Virus record (IMG/VR): IMGVR_UViG_3300023179_000077
Span: 1-64,000 of that record
Strand: one strand, 5' to 3'
From: a virus
DNA length: 64,000 nt
The stretch's first letter is position 1. Each line of letters opens with the position of its first letter. Shown here one piece after another: positions 1 to 9,383 of this stretch. Below the pieces are notes generated by a model. That model ran no database searches. It was not told where the DNA came from and saw only the letters and a program-made list of their open reading frames with translations. The translations under genes and the position numbers were made by a program.

Positions 1-36
1 ATTACTTCCTGGTGTTGGAGGAGAAATTATAACTTA

Positions 37-63
37 GAAGGCAAAATATTTTTTATACTTTTA
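37..63 (+). promoter_or_regulatory. Putative early/middle promoter (GAAGGC-N13-TACTTTTA)
   Basis: Same layout as the element at 61938-61970; TAnnTTT resembles the Bacteroidota sigma-70 -7 box. Confidence 0.3.
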
Positions 64-67
64 AAGT

Positions 68-550
68 ATGAATATATTTTATATCAATCAAGACCCAATC
101 ATCGCAGCACAACAATTAGCCGATGATCACATTCGCAAAATGCAAATCGAATCAGCTCAAATGTGTTGTACAACACATTGGGCAGTAGGTTCACAAGCAC
201 CATATAAACGTGCTCATTTTAATCACCCATCAACAATTTGGACTCGCCAATCAATTCAACACTATCGTTGGCTTGTACAGCATGGTCTTGAAATTTGTAG
301 TGAATTTACAAAACGTTATGGTAAACACCATAAAACACAAAATGTACTTGAATGGTGTCGTGACAATGAACCTAATATACCTGATAATGGATTTACTCCT
401 CCACCGCAATGTATGCCTGATGAGTATAAGAATAGTGATACTATTATTGCTTATAAGCAGTTTTATATTAAAGATAAAATAGCTATTAAAGGATTGAGTT
501 GGAAAAAATTGGGAAACACACCATCTTGGATATTTATTGATATATCATAA
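68..550 (+). CDS. Pyrimidine-dimer DNA glycosylase / endonuclease V-like protein
   Basis: MNIFY..DP..AAQ..D.H..KM..ESAQM, H.NHPSTIW and final PQCMPDEYK..AY..FY motifs typical of this phage family. Confidence 0.7.
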   Translation: MNIFYINQDPIIAAQQLADDHIRKMQIESAQMCCTTHWAVGSQAPYKRAHFNHPSTIWTRQSIQHYRWLVQHGLEICSEFTKRYGKHHKTQNVLEWCRDNEPNIPDNGFTPPPQCMPDEYKNSDTIIAYKQFYIKDKIAIKGLSWKKLGNTPSWIFIDIS

Positions 551-558
551 TAAAAAAA

Positions 559-909
559 ATGAAAAAACAAATCAACGAAATAAAAAGAATGCAGCTTATC
601 GCTGGATTAATCACTGAAAGTGAATATCAAGAATCATTAATGAAAGAAGCAATTAAAGTTATACAAGATGGTGATCAAATAGAAATATCAGATGATAGTG
701 GTAATTATTCTGGATTTATAGAAGATGATGGTACTGTACGTTTTTCTGTAGTATATGAAGGTGAAGATTTTAATGACGAAAACTGGAGAGATATCTTAGG
801 ATCAAATCACGCTTTTGTTAAAATTATAGATAAAATTGGCGGTGATGTTGAAGCATTAGATGATTATGTTCAAATTACTGTTGATGCTAATAAATTAATT
901 AATATTTAA
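559..909 (+). CDS. Acidic hypothetical protein with MKKQINEIKRMQLIAGL leader (putative head internal protein)
   Basis: ORF with A-rich start context; leader shared with 974 and 16921. Confidence 0.75.
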   Translation: MKKQINEIKRMQLIAGLITESEYQESLMKEAIKVIQDGDQIEISDDSGNYSGFIEDDGTVRFSVVYEGEDFNDENWRDILGSNHAFVKIIDKIGGDVEALDDYVQITVDANKLINI

Positions 910-973
910 TATAATAAAATATACAGAACAGATTCATTCTTGGATATTTATTGATATATCATAACAAAAAAAA

Positions 974-1303
974 ATGAAAAAGCAACTTAATGAAATTAAA
1001 AGAATGCAGCTTATCGCTGGATTAATCACTGAAAGTGAATATCAAGAATCATTAATGAATGAAGAAAATGAAGCAATGTCTGAAGAAGAAGTTCTTAATA
1101 TTTTAAATCAAAATGGAGTAGATGATGATTATTTTGAATCAATGGGAGGTAAAGAAATAGAATCAGGAACTGAAGAGTGGATGGGTATTTTAACTGATTT
1201 AACTGGAAAAGATGCTTTTGAAGCTGACTTTGATGATGCAGATAATCAAAAAATTATGAATTTTATAAAAAAGTTAAAAGAAATGGGAATTGAATTAGTA
1301 TAA
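974..1303 (+). CDS. Acidic hypothetical protein with MKKQLNEIKRMQLIAGL leader (putative head internal protein)
   Basis: First 28 residues nearly identical to ORF 559; remainder unrelated. Confidence 0.75.
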   Translation: MKKQLNEIKRMQLIAGLITESEYQESLMNEENEAMSEEEVLNILNQNGVDDDYFESMGGKEIESGTEEWMGILTDLTGKDAFEADFDDADNQKIMNFIKKLKEMGIELV

Positions 1304-1319
1304 AATAATAAAATATACA

Positions 1320-1368
1320 GAACAGATTCATTGCCTGTTCGCCTCGCAAGAGGATTTATATATAAATC
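1320..1368 (+). ncRNA. Putative structured RNA element (three consecutive hairpins)
   Basis: GAACAG/CTGTTC stem, CCTC-GCAA-GAGG GNRA hairpin and GATTTATA/TATAAATC inverted repeat, directly before a terminator. Confidence 0.4.
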
Positions 1369-1408
1369 GGAGTAGTGGCCCTAAAACAGCCACTACTCCA
1401 TTTTTTTT
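1369..1408 (+). terminator. Rho-independent terminator
   Basis: GGAGTAGTGGC / GCCACTACTCC 11-bp stem followed by A and T8. Confidence 0.85.
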
Positions 1409-1432
1409 GTAATATTTATTATAAATAATATT

Positions 1433-1978
1433 ATGATAGGTATTTATAAAATAACTAACCCTGAAAAAGAAATATATATTGGTCAATCAACTAATATAGA
1501 AAAAAGATTTGAAACATATAAAAAGCATTATTGTAAAGAACAAACTAAATTATATGAATCTTTAAAAAAATATGGATGGTTTTATCATTCTTTTGAAATA
1601 ATAGAAGAATGTAAAGAAGAAGAATTAAATGAAAAAGAACAATACTGGATAAAACAGCACAACTGTGTTTTAAATGGTATGAATTGCATAGGAGGAGGTT
1701 ATCATAAACCTTATATATATCCTGAAGAAGCTAAACGTATTAAAAGTGAAAAAATGAAAAAACTTTGGATGGAAAATAAATTTAAAAGAAAACTAGGAAA
1801 ACGAATACAAAATATAAAAACCGGAGAGATATATGAATCTTGTTCTGAAGCAGCTAATAAATTAAATATAAGTCTTTCTACTATAGCGATATGGTGTAAA
1901 AAAGAAAAAAATATAAAATATATTGATAATTGGAATATTAGACCTTCAAAATTTGAAATGGCAAAAATAAATTATTAA
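1433..1978 (+). CDS. GIY-YIG homing endonuclease (Seg-like) with C-terminal NUMOD1-like HTH
   Basis: GIYKITN..IYIGQS.NI.KR, LNEKEQYWI, YESCSEAANKLNIS. Confidence 0.85.
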   Translation: MIGIYKITNPEKEIYIGQSTNIEKRFETYKKHYCKEQTKLYESLKKYGWFYHSFEIIEECKEEELNEKEQYWIKQHNCVLNGMNCIGGGYHKPYIYPEEAKRIKSEKMKKLWMENKFKRKLGKRIQNIKTGEIYESCSEAANKLNISLSTIAIWCKKEKNIKYIDNWNIRPSKFEMAKINY

Positions 1979-1998
1979 TTTTATAAAAACAATAAAAC

Positions 1999-2202
1999 AT
2001 GAAGCAACAACTTAAAGTAATAGATGGAAGAGAAATACTTGACCATGATGGGATTTATATTCCTGCTGACTCTTCCGGAGATGCTGGGTTGTTTATAACC
2101 ATAGATTCTACATTTGATGCTGGCGATTATGAAACAGCTGGAGACAGTGGAGAAATAAATATAAATGGAAAAATATTTAAATGGGCTATACTGTATTCTT
2201 AA
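1999..2202 (+). CDS. Small acidic hypothetical protein
   Basis: ORF; its start region is a 22-nt exact repeat of the next gene's start region. Confidence 0.6.
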   Translation: MKQQLKVIDGREILDHDGIYIPADSSGDAGLFITIDSTFDAGDYETAGDSGEININGKIFKWAILYS

Positions 2203-2224
2203 CATAATATAAAAACAATAAAAC

Positions 2225-2491
2225 ATGAATTATCAAAGATCAATTAGAGGATGGTTTAACATGGTTAACAATGCTATCTCTGCAGAAAATAAAGCTAAAA
2301 TCCCAGCAACACCCCCTCCACCCGCAGAACCAGAAACTCCTACAGTTATTGAAAAACTAGATTCAATAATTGAAAATTTAGAAGAAATTACTGAAATGGT
2401 AAAAGCAGATAAAGAAGTAAAAACAGAAGAACCTCAAGAAACAATTAAAGAATATAAAAGAAAAAATAAAGAAAAACAAGATGAAGAATAA
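2225..2491 (+). CDS. Hypothetical protein (Pro-rich linker, charged C-terminus)
   Basis: ORF with A-rich start context. Confidence 0.65.
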   Translation: MNYQRSIRGWFNMVNNAISAENKAKIPATPPPPAEPETPTVIEKLDSIIENLEEITEMVKADKEVKTEEPQETIKEYKRKNKEKQDEE

Positions 2492-2540
2492 TAGGATGTT
2501 GGTCTGATGGAACTTTATTATATTTATAATAAATAACATT

Positions 2541-3185
2541 ATGACTAAAATTTATATGTTAGAAAAAAATGGAGTTCCATTTTATGTGGGTAAAGCTAAT
2601 GATGTGATTAGACGAAAACATAAGCATTATCAAACATATGGTTTAGATATTAAAGCAGAAATAATTGATGAAGTTGAGGATAAACAATGGAAATTTTGGG
2701 AACAATATTGGATATGTCAATTTAAAGCTTGGGGTTTTATTTTGTTAAATAAAAATAATGGAGGAGGAGGACCAACAGAATGGACATTAAAACAAAAACA
2801 AAATATTAATCCTGAACGAATAAAAAAAATTATGAATCATCCTACTAGAGGAAAACATATAAGTAAAACATTAAAACAAAGAAATCATTCAAAATATTAT
2901 ACTGAAAGTGTAAGACAAAAAATATCCGAGGCAAATAAAAATATTCCTAGACCATTTTCAAATGAACATAAATTAAATATGGGTATAGCTAAACGTAAAC
3001 AAGCTAAACCTGTACTTATGTTTGATTTAGAAGATAATTTTATAAAAGAATGGGAAAGTAAAGGACAAGCTGCTGAATGGATAAGAGAACAAACAGGTAA
3101 AACAAGTAATATAACATCACAAATTAAAGATTGTTGTTTAGGAAGACAAAAAACAGCTTTTAAATTTAAATGGAAATACAAATAA
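2541..3185 (+). CDS. GIY-YIG-like homing endonuclease with NUMOD3/NUMOD1-type DNA-binding repeats
   Basis: IYMLEKNGVPFYVGK..R, WEQYWI, LLNKNNGGGG, RQKISEA, KPVLMFDL..FIKEWES, TAFKFKWKY. Confidence 0.75.
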   Translation: MTKIYMLEKNGVPFYVGKANDVIRRKHKHYQTYGLDIKAEIIDEVEDKQWKFWEQYWICQFKAWGFILLNKNNGGGGPTEWTLKQKQNINPERIKKIMNHPTRGKHISKTLKQRNHSKYYTESVRQKISEANKNIPRPFSNEHKLNMGIAKRKQAKPVLMFDLEDNFIKEWESKGQAAEWIREQTGKTSNITSQIKDCCLGRQKTAFKFKWKYK

Positions 3186-3187
3186 TT

Positions 3188-4504
3188 ATGAAACAAAAAA
3201 AGATTATAGTGATTGGAGCAGGAGTAGCTGGAATCAATTTTGCTACTAAAATGGTAGATAATGGATATCCAGGGAATCTTATAACAATTATAGATAAAGG
3301 AAATGATCCTTATAATCGCAAACCAGAGGAAGTTATGACAGGCATGCTAGGTAGTGGAGGGTGGAGCGATGGTAAACTCACCTACCACACAGCAATTGGT
3401 GGTCAACTATCAAAATATTGTGGTGAAGAAAAAGCAATGGAACTGATGAAGCAAGTAGTAGATAATTTTACCCGCTTCCATCCTAAACCAGATGAAATAT
3501 TCATGTCTGATCCACAAGAGGAACCTGAATTTATTAAACCATATTTTGGTTTGAGAATGTTTCCTGTGTGGCATATTGGATCTAACTTCTTGCACGAGAT
3601 CGCTAAGAATTGGTATCAATATTTAGTTGATAAAGGTGTTAAATTTATGTGGAATTATGAAGTAGTATCAATAGATTTTGAAACAAATAATTTTGAATAT
3701 ATTGAAACAAATGGAGATGATACTGATACTTTAATAGGCCAATATGACACACTCATATTCGCAGTAGGCAAATCAGGTATTGATTTCGCTCAACAATTAT
3801 CAAATGATTATAAATTACCAACTGAATCTAAAGCAGTACAAATTGGTGTTCGTTTTGAAGCACCACAAAAATATTTTCAAAAATTAATTGATATATCATA
3901 TGATTTCAAACTATATCAAAAATTCGATAAGGTATCTCTCCGTAGCTTTTGTACTAATAACAATGCGGCTTACGTTGCAGTGGAAGAAACTTATGGAGAC
4001 GTTAGCTACAACGGACACGCCAAAAAAGGTAAAGAATTCGAAAACCAAATGACTAATTTTGGTATTCTAATGGAAATCAAAGGTATTGAAGATCCATTTG
4101 CTTGGAGTAGAGATGTAGTAAATAGACTACAAATAGGTGAATATGGAGGTATATTTTATAGTCCCGATCCTAATCGTCAACCTTCACTTACTTCTGAAAA
4201 TGTATCTGTTAAATCATTTAAAGTAAATAATTTAGGATTATTTAAGTATTCTCTGGGTGAATATGCAACTTATATAATCAATTTTATTGAACAAATGAAT
4301 GAAATATTTCAATTTGATAATGATTATGGATTCTATGCTCCTGAAGTAAAATATCTTAGTCCTGAACCATTAGTTAACTATAATGATTTATCATTAACAA
4401 CACATCCAAATGTACACTTTGTAGGAGATGCACTTTCAGCTCGTGGTATTACAGTTAGTGGTGCGCATGGTATTTATGTTGCTGAAAGTATTTTGGCAAA
4501 ATAA
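3188..4504 (+). CDS. FAD/NAD(P)-dependent oxidoreductase (uncharacterised FAD-dependent dehydrogenase type)
   Basis: IIVIGAGVAG Rossmann motif, G.GGWSDGKL, GVRFE, FVGDA..RGI..SGAHG; start moved to MKQKK at 3188. Confidence 0.85.
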   Translation: MKQKKIIVIGAGVAGINFATKMVDNGYPGNLITIIDKGNDPYNRKPEEVMTGMLGSGGWSDGKLTYHTAIGGQLSKYCGEEKAMELMKQVVDNFTRFHPKPDEIFMSDPQEEPEFIKPYFGLRMFPVWHIGSNFLHEIAKNWYQYLVDKGVKFMWNYEVVSIDFETNNFEYIETNGDDTDTLIGQYDTLIFAVGKSGIDFAQQLSNDYKLPTESKAVQIGVRFEAPQKYFQKLIDISYDFKLYQKFDKVSLRSFCTNNNAAYVAVEETYGDVSYNGHAKKGKEFENQMTNFGILMEIKGIEDPFAWSRDVVNRLQIGEYGGIFYSPDPNRQPSLTSENVSVKSFKVNNLGLFKYSLGEYATYIINFIEQMNEIFQFDNDYGFYAPEVKYLSPEPLVNYNDLSLTTHPNVHFVGDALSARGITVSGAHGIYVAESILAK

Positions 4505-4528
4505 TTTTATTAATTTTAAAATAAAAAT

Positions 4529-4771
4529 ATGGTAAAAAAACTAGTAAAAGCAGATGGAACTATAGCATATGTTAATGAAGCTAATGGAGTATATAAACTT
4601 CATAATTTTGATGGACCTGCTCTTATTCCACAAGGCAATAAACGCTTAGCAGAGTATTATTTATTTGGTACTAAATACACTAAAGAAGCATGGGAACTAG
4701 CTAAAAAAGATGAAAATGGAGTTCCATTTCATAAGACAGCTGCTTCTAAAAAGATGGGTAACAGAAACTAA
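4529..4771 (+). CDS. Hypothetical protein with an LH..DGPA unit
   Basis: KLHNFDGPALI..EYYLFG..Y..EAW resembles a common phage repeat unit. Confidence 0.6.
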   Translation: MVKKLVKADGTIAYVNEANGVYKLHNFDGPALIPQGNKRLAEYYLFGTKYTKEAWELAKKDENGVPFHKTAASKKMGNRN

Positions 4772-4974
4772 TGAATCAATTTACTAGAACATACGAGGAC
4801 GATGAAACTATAGAAGTATGGACCTTCGATTTAGACAAATTTAGTGGAGGTCCTATTTCTGTAGACGTACAATATAAAGCAGGTGCTGAAAAGCAAATAA
4901 AAAATCGTGCTAAAGAAACAAAACAAATAAAGAAAACAGCACGACAAATGAAAAAAATAAATAACAAGTCATGA
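4771..4974 (+). CDS. Hypothetical protein
   Basis: Coupled to neighbours by overlapping stop/start codons. Confidence 0.6.
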   Translation: MNQFTRTYEDDETIEVWTFDLDKFSGGPISVDVQYKAGAEKQIKNRAKETKQIKKTARQMKKINNKS

Positions 4975-5489
4975 GAATAGGTTTAGCAGGAACAATGAGT
5001 GCAGGTAAAACAACGTTAGCAAAAGCATTAGGTGAATTAGATCAATTTAAAGACTATAAAATACAAACTGAACGCAGTAAGTATCTTAATAGTTTAGGTA
5101 TTCCACTTAATACTGATTCAACATTACCTGGTCAATTTGTATTCTTGGCTGAACGTGCTAGTGAGTTATTAGTAGACAATATTATTACTGATAGAACAAT
5201 TTGGGATGTGTGTGCTTTTACATTATCAGCTAAATCAATAAGCGATTGGGAAAAACGTACATTTGTTGAAGCAGCAATGTGTCTTAAAGATTATTATGAT
5301 GTAGTAATATATGTTTCATCACGTGGTGTACGAATGGAAGATAATGGTATTAGAGAAACTGATTTAGCTTATCGTATGAAAATAAATCAAACTATTGTAA
5401 TGGCATTAGATGAGTATAAACCCAAATGTGTGATTGAAGTTGAAGGTACAACTGAAGAAAGAATAAGCACTATATTAGCAAATATATAA
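4971..5489 (+). CDS. P-loop nucleotide kinase / NadR-type AAA_28 ATPase
   Basis: GTMSAGKTT Walker A, IITDRT, EDNGIRETD. Confidence 0.75.
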   Translation: MRIGLAGTMSAGKTTLAKALGELDQFKDYKIQTERSKYLNSLGIPLNTDSTLPGQFVFLAERASELLVDNIITDRTIWDVCAFTLSAKSISDWEKRTFVEAAMCLKDYYDVVIYVSSRGVRMEDNGIRETDLAYRMKINQTIVMALDEYKPKCVIEVEGTTEERISTILANI

Positions 5490-5499
5490 AATAAAAGTT

Positions 5500-6669
5500 A
5501 TGAGTATTATAAATGATGTAAGCAAAGTTGCAAAACAACTTATGCTAAAGGAACCGTTTTATGGAGTTTTTCTTTCAACATTAAATAAAAGAATAGGCAC
5601 AGATACTCCAACTGCGGGTGTTTGTTTAAATAATATTAATTATGAGTTGATTATTAATGAAGAATTTTGGAACTCATTAGATAATGACAATAAAAAAATT
5701 GGATTACTTAAACATGAATTACTTCATATATGTTTTAATCATTTAATTGATCGAGAAAATTATCCTGATCATATATTACATAATATTGCAGCTGATATTG
5801 AAATAAATCAATATATAGACCCACAATATTATTCAACAGATTCACTACTATTGCCATCATCTTTTTCAGAATTAACATTACCGGCAAAAGCCGGTACAAA
5901 ATATTATTATGATGCTTTACTTAAAGCTAAACAAAATAATACTAGCCCTACATTAAATAGTATGTTAGATGATAATTTTCATTTAACTTGGGGAGAATTT
6001 GAATCATTATCTGAAGCTGATAAGAAATTAATTAAAGCTCAAATCGATCATCAAATAAAAAGTATAGTAGAATCTCAAGCAGATAAAAGTAGAGGTTTTG
6101 TACCAAATGAATTAAAAGATTATATTGATAGTTTATTTGCAATTACTCCTCCATCATATGATTGGAAATCATATTTTAGAAGATTCTTTAGTTCATCATC
6201 CAAAATATACACTAAAAAAACACGCCGTAAACTAAATAAACGTTTCATAGAAAACCCAGCATTAAAAATTAAACCTAAAAAGAATGTATTAGTTGGAATT
6301 GATACTTCAGGTTCTGTTGGAAAAGAAGAGACAATAGAATTTTTTAATGAATTACATCATATGCATAAAACGGGAGTATCAATTACTATAGCTGAAGGTG
6401 ACGCCAAAGTACATAAAGTATATGAATATAAAGGCAAACCACCTGAAACTATTACTGGTAGAGGTGGTACTGAAATGAATGTTTTTATAGATTATTTTAA
6501 TAAAAATCCTCAATACAATAGTTTAATTATTTTCACTGATGGTTATATAGGTGAACGAACATTAAGTTCTTTTAAACCTATATTAACTGTTTTAACTTCA
6601 AACGGTGAAAAATTAGAAACAGTTATAGAAAATAAATGGGGAAATGTTATAAAAATGAATAAAAGATAA
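5500..6669 (+). CDS. Putative metallopeptidase fused to a vWA domain (DUF2201-like)
   Basis: HELLH zinc motif, NIAADIEINQ, DTSGS MIDAS motif, GRGGT, FTDG. Confidence 0.85.
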   Translation: MSIINDVSKVAKQLMLKEPFYGVFLSTLNKRIGTDTPTAGVCLNNINYELIINEEFWNSLDNDNKKIGLLKHELLHICFNHLIDRENYPDHILHNIAADIEINQYIDPQYYSTDSLLLPSSFSELTLPAKAGTKYYYDALLKAKQNNTSPTLNSMLDDNFHLTWGEFESLSEADKKLIKAQIDHQIKSIVESQADKSRGFVPNELKDYIDSLFAITPPSYDWKSYFRRFFSSSSKIYTKKTRRKLNKRFIENPALKIKPKKNVLVGIDTSGSVGKEETIEFFNELHHMHKTGVSITIAEGDAKVHKVYEYKGKPPETITGRGGTEMNVFIDYFNKNPQYNSLIIFTDGYIGERTLSSFKPILTVLTSNGEKLETVIENKWGNVIKMNKR

Positions 6670-6717
6670 GATGGTCGAGACTCTTATTATAAATTTATTT
6701 TGTAAAAAAATTAAAAT

Positions 6718-7902
6718 ATGTCAAGTAAAACTAAACAGGTTTCACTTAATGTTAATGAAGCAAAAATATTTCTTAAACACATCATTAACAATAATCGCTT
6801 TCTTCAATCTAATAACAAACTACCAGTAGCGGTTGAAGTAGTAGGAGATTCAGGTATTGGTAAAACATCAACTATTATTCAATTAGCCAACGAATTAGAT
6901 CTTAATTTTGTTAAATTAAATCTTGCTCAAATTGAAGAACTAGGTGATTTAGTTGGTTTTCCAATTCGTCAATTTGAAGTATGTAAAGATACAAATAATT
7001 GCACTTGGATTGATGAACATGCTGTAGATGAATATACAAAACAAGGATATAAATTTACAGGTCAAAATAGAATGAGTTATTGTCCACCTGAATGGATTAG
7101 TGGTAAAACAAATGGCGGTATATTGCTATTAGATGACTGGAATCGTGCTGATGTTAGATTTATTCAAGCTGTAATGGAGCTAATAGATAGACAGCAGTAT
7201 ATTAGTTGGTCTTTACCTAAAGATTGGCATATTATTCTCACAAGTAATCCTGATAATGGTGAATATCTAGTTAATAGTATAGATAACGCTCAAAAAACAC
7301 GATTTATATCTATTAATCTTAAATTTGATATTAACTGTTGGGGTGAATGGGCTGAAAATAATCAAATAGATAATAGATGTATTAATTTTCTTCTTAGACA
7401 TTCTGAATTAGTTAATACAAATACTAACTCTAGAAGTATTACAACGTTTTTTAATTCAATATCTTCATTATCTTCATTTGATGCTGAACTAGGTCTTATC
7501 CAAATGATTGGAGAAGGTAGTGTCGGTCCTGAATTTACTACTATGTTTACAATGTTTATTAATAATAAACTTGATAAAATTATATCTCCAGAAACTATTA
7601 TGACGCATGAAAGCTTTGATTATGTACTTAATACTTTAAAAGGAATTATAGGGAAAGATAAAGATTATCGTGCAGATTTAGCATCTATTATTTCAACTCG
7701 TATTATTAACTTTAGCTTGTTTTTCGCTAAAAATAATAAAGTTGAAAAAAGTTTTATAGATAGATTAGCATCACTTATAAACGAAGAATTATTTGCGGTT
7801 GATTTGAAATATAATATTGTTAAATCGATTTATAATGGTAATCAATCTTCATTCAAAAGTTTGACTTTGAATAAAACACTTCTTAATTTTATAATCAAAT
7901 AA
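6718..7902 (+). CDS. MoxR-like AAA+ ATPase
   Basis: GDSGIGKT Walker A, LLLDDWNRA Walker B, ILTSNP; adjacent to the vWA gene. Confidence 0.85.
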   Translation: MSSKTKQVSLNVNEAKIFLKHIINNNRFLQSNNKLPVAVEVVGDSGIGKTSTIIQLANELDLNFVKLNLAQIEELGDLVGFPIRQFEVCKDTNNCTWIDEHAVDEYTKQGYKFTGQNRMSYCPPEWISGKTNGGILLLDDWNRADVRFIQAVMELIDRQQYISWSLPKDWHIILTSNPDNGEYLVNSIDNAQKTRFISINLKFDINCWGEWAENNQIDNRCINFLLRHSELVNTNTNSRSITTFFNSISSLSSFDAELGLIQMIGEGSVGPEFTTMFTMFINNKLDKIISPETIMTHESFDYVLNTLKGIIGKDKDYRADLASIISTRIINFSLFFAKNNKVEKSFIDRLASLINEELFAVDLKYNIVKSIYNGNQSSFKSLTLNKTLLNFIIK

Positions 7903-7911
7903 TAAAAAGTT

Positions 7912-8904
7912 ATGTATAAGGAAATAGGAACAATAGTTGATAATAATAAAAGAATATCACCATTTATCCTGTGGGGGGCAGGATCAGATACTTTAAATTA
8001 TGTTAGTAAAAGTACAATGCAAAAGTATCAAAAAATATATGAAGAAAATAAAAATAATAAACTACAAAATAATTCTACAGTTTATTTTAGTTCATTATCT
8101 TCTTTACCCAGATACAAATATAATAATTACATTACTGAGAATAAATTAAATATTAAAAAAGTAAGAAATAAAGATAAAATAAATTCATTAATAATTAGTA
8201 ACTCATTAATTAATGAATATTATATAAAAACTAATAATATAAGTAAATATTATATAGTTCCACCATCAATGCTTAAACTTTCTAAGCAAACTATTCAAAA
8301 AATTACAGCATTTCTTGTCGAAGAAGAGTTAATAGAAGAAGTAAAACCAGTTTCACCATCATTATATGCTAATCTTATTACTTGTGATAGTTTTGAAGGA
8401 TATCTTATACGAGAAGTATGGGGCCAAACATCAGCTATAAACAATCTTACAATTTTTAAAGAACTAATTAATAATCACGACTCAGCTTCTTATAATATAG
8501 TTTTTGATGAATCTATTAATAATGATATTAATAAAGATTTAGTTTTAGATGATGATACTTTTCAAACATTATATAATATGTTGGATAGTACTAATAAAGA
8601 AAATTGGTCTTTAGCCCAAGAAATGATAGCTAATTGCGATATTGAATCTTCAGCACCTTATATATTGTTTTTAATATGGAAATTTAATTATTTAAAAAAA
8701 CATAATAATAATCTAAATTATAAATTTTTACTAAAATCACTAGCTAAATACGGTTTAATAACTCATGAATTAAGAATTGAAAAATTTATAGCAAAAACTA
8801 TAGAAATTCATCCAGAATATAAACAAGCTTTATTTAACTGTTTTAAAATGTATATTAATATAGTAAATAATAAAAATATTATACAAGAAATTAATGTTGT
8901 GTAA
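7912..8904 (+). CDS. Hypothetical protein
   Basis: 330-aa ORF following the ATPase. Confidence 0.7.
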   Translation: MYKEIGTIVDNNKRISPFILWGAGSDTLNYVSKSTMQKYQKIYEENKNNKLQNNSTVYFSSLSSLPRYKYNNYITENKLNIKKVRNKDKINSLIISNSLINEYYIKTNNISKYYIVPPSMLKLSKQTIQKITAFLVEEELIEEVKPVSPSLYANLITCDSFEGYLIREVWGQTSAINNLTIFKELINNHDSASYNIVFDESINNDINKDLVLDDDTFQTLYNMLDSTNKENWSLAQEMIANCDIESSAPYILFLIWKFNYLKKHNNNLNYKFLLKSLAKYGLITHELRIEKFIAKTIEIHPEYKQALFNCFKMYINIVNNKNIIQEINVV

Positions 8905-8915
8905 TATTTATTTAT

Positions 8916-9383
8916 ATGAATAAACATAAAACAATAGTCTTACTAAGCTGTGTAGCTACTAAATTACCAAAACCAGCACCAGCTCAAGAACTATATAATT
9001 CACCTTTATTTAAACGTTCTTTAGAATATGCTTTATCATTAGACCCAAATGATATAGTAATTTTATCAGCTAAACATTATGTTTTACCTTTGGATAAAGT
9101 AATTGCTCCTTATGATAAGACATTATTGAATATGCCTGATGAGGAGGTTAGAGAATGGGCAGTACAAGTATTAAAAATATTAGCTGATAAGTATGATTTA
9201 GATAATGATAAGTTTATTATACTAGCTGGTGAAAAATACAGAAAATATTTAGTGCCTCAAATAAAACACTGGAGTGCACCTTTAAAAGGATTAAGAATAG
9301 GACAACAACTAGCATGGTATGTTAAAAAATTAACTAAGAAAGTTAAAGAGGGCTTTATTAAGCTATTAAATTTATTAAGATGA
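8916..9383 (+). CDS. DUF6884-like protein
   Basis: SCVATK..PAPAQELY.SPLF, ILSAKH, I.PYDKTL, LAGEKY, PLKGLRIGQQL. Confidence 0.7.
   Translation: MNKHKTIVLLSCVATKLPKPAPAQELYNSPLFKRSLEYALSLDPNDIVILSAKHYVLPLDKVIAPYDKTLLNMPDEEVREWAVQVLKILADKYDLDNDKFIILAGEKYRKYLVPQIKHWSAPLKGLRIGQQLAWYVKKLTKKVKEGFIKLLNLLR

Larger units (their letters stand above)
524..1332 (+). repeat. Tandem duplicated cassette (promoter motif + constant leader + variable gene body + shared 3' flank)
   Basis: tcttggatatttattgatatatcataa at 524-550 and 938-964; about 60 identical coding nt at 583-644 and 998-1059; ataataaaatatacagaacagattcatt at about 911-938 and 1305-1332. Confidence 0.9.

Noticed and set aside
1320-1408. tRNA or known riboswitch
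   Set aside because: No cloverleaf, T-loop or CCA; no aptamer consensus I can recognise; kept only as an unassigned structure
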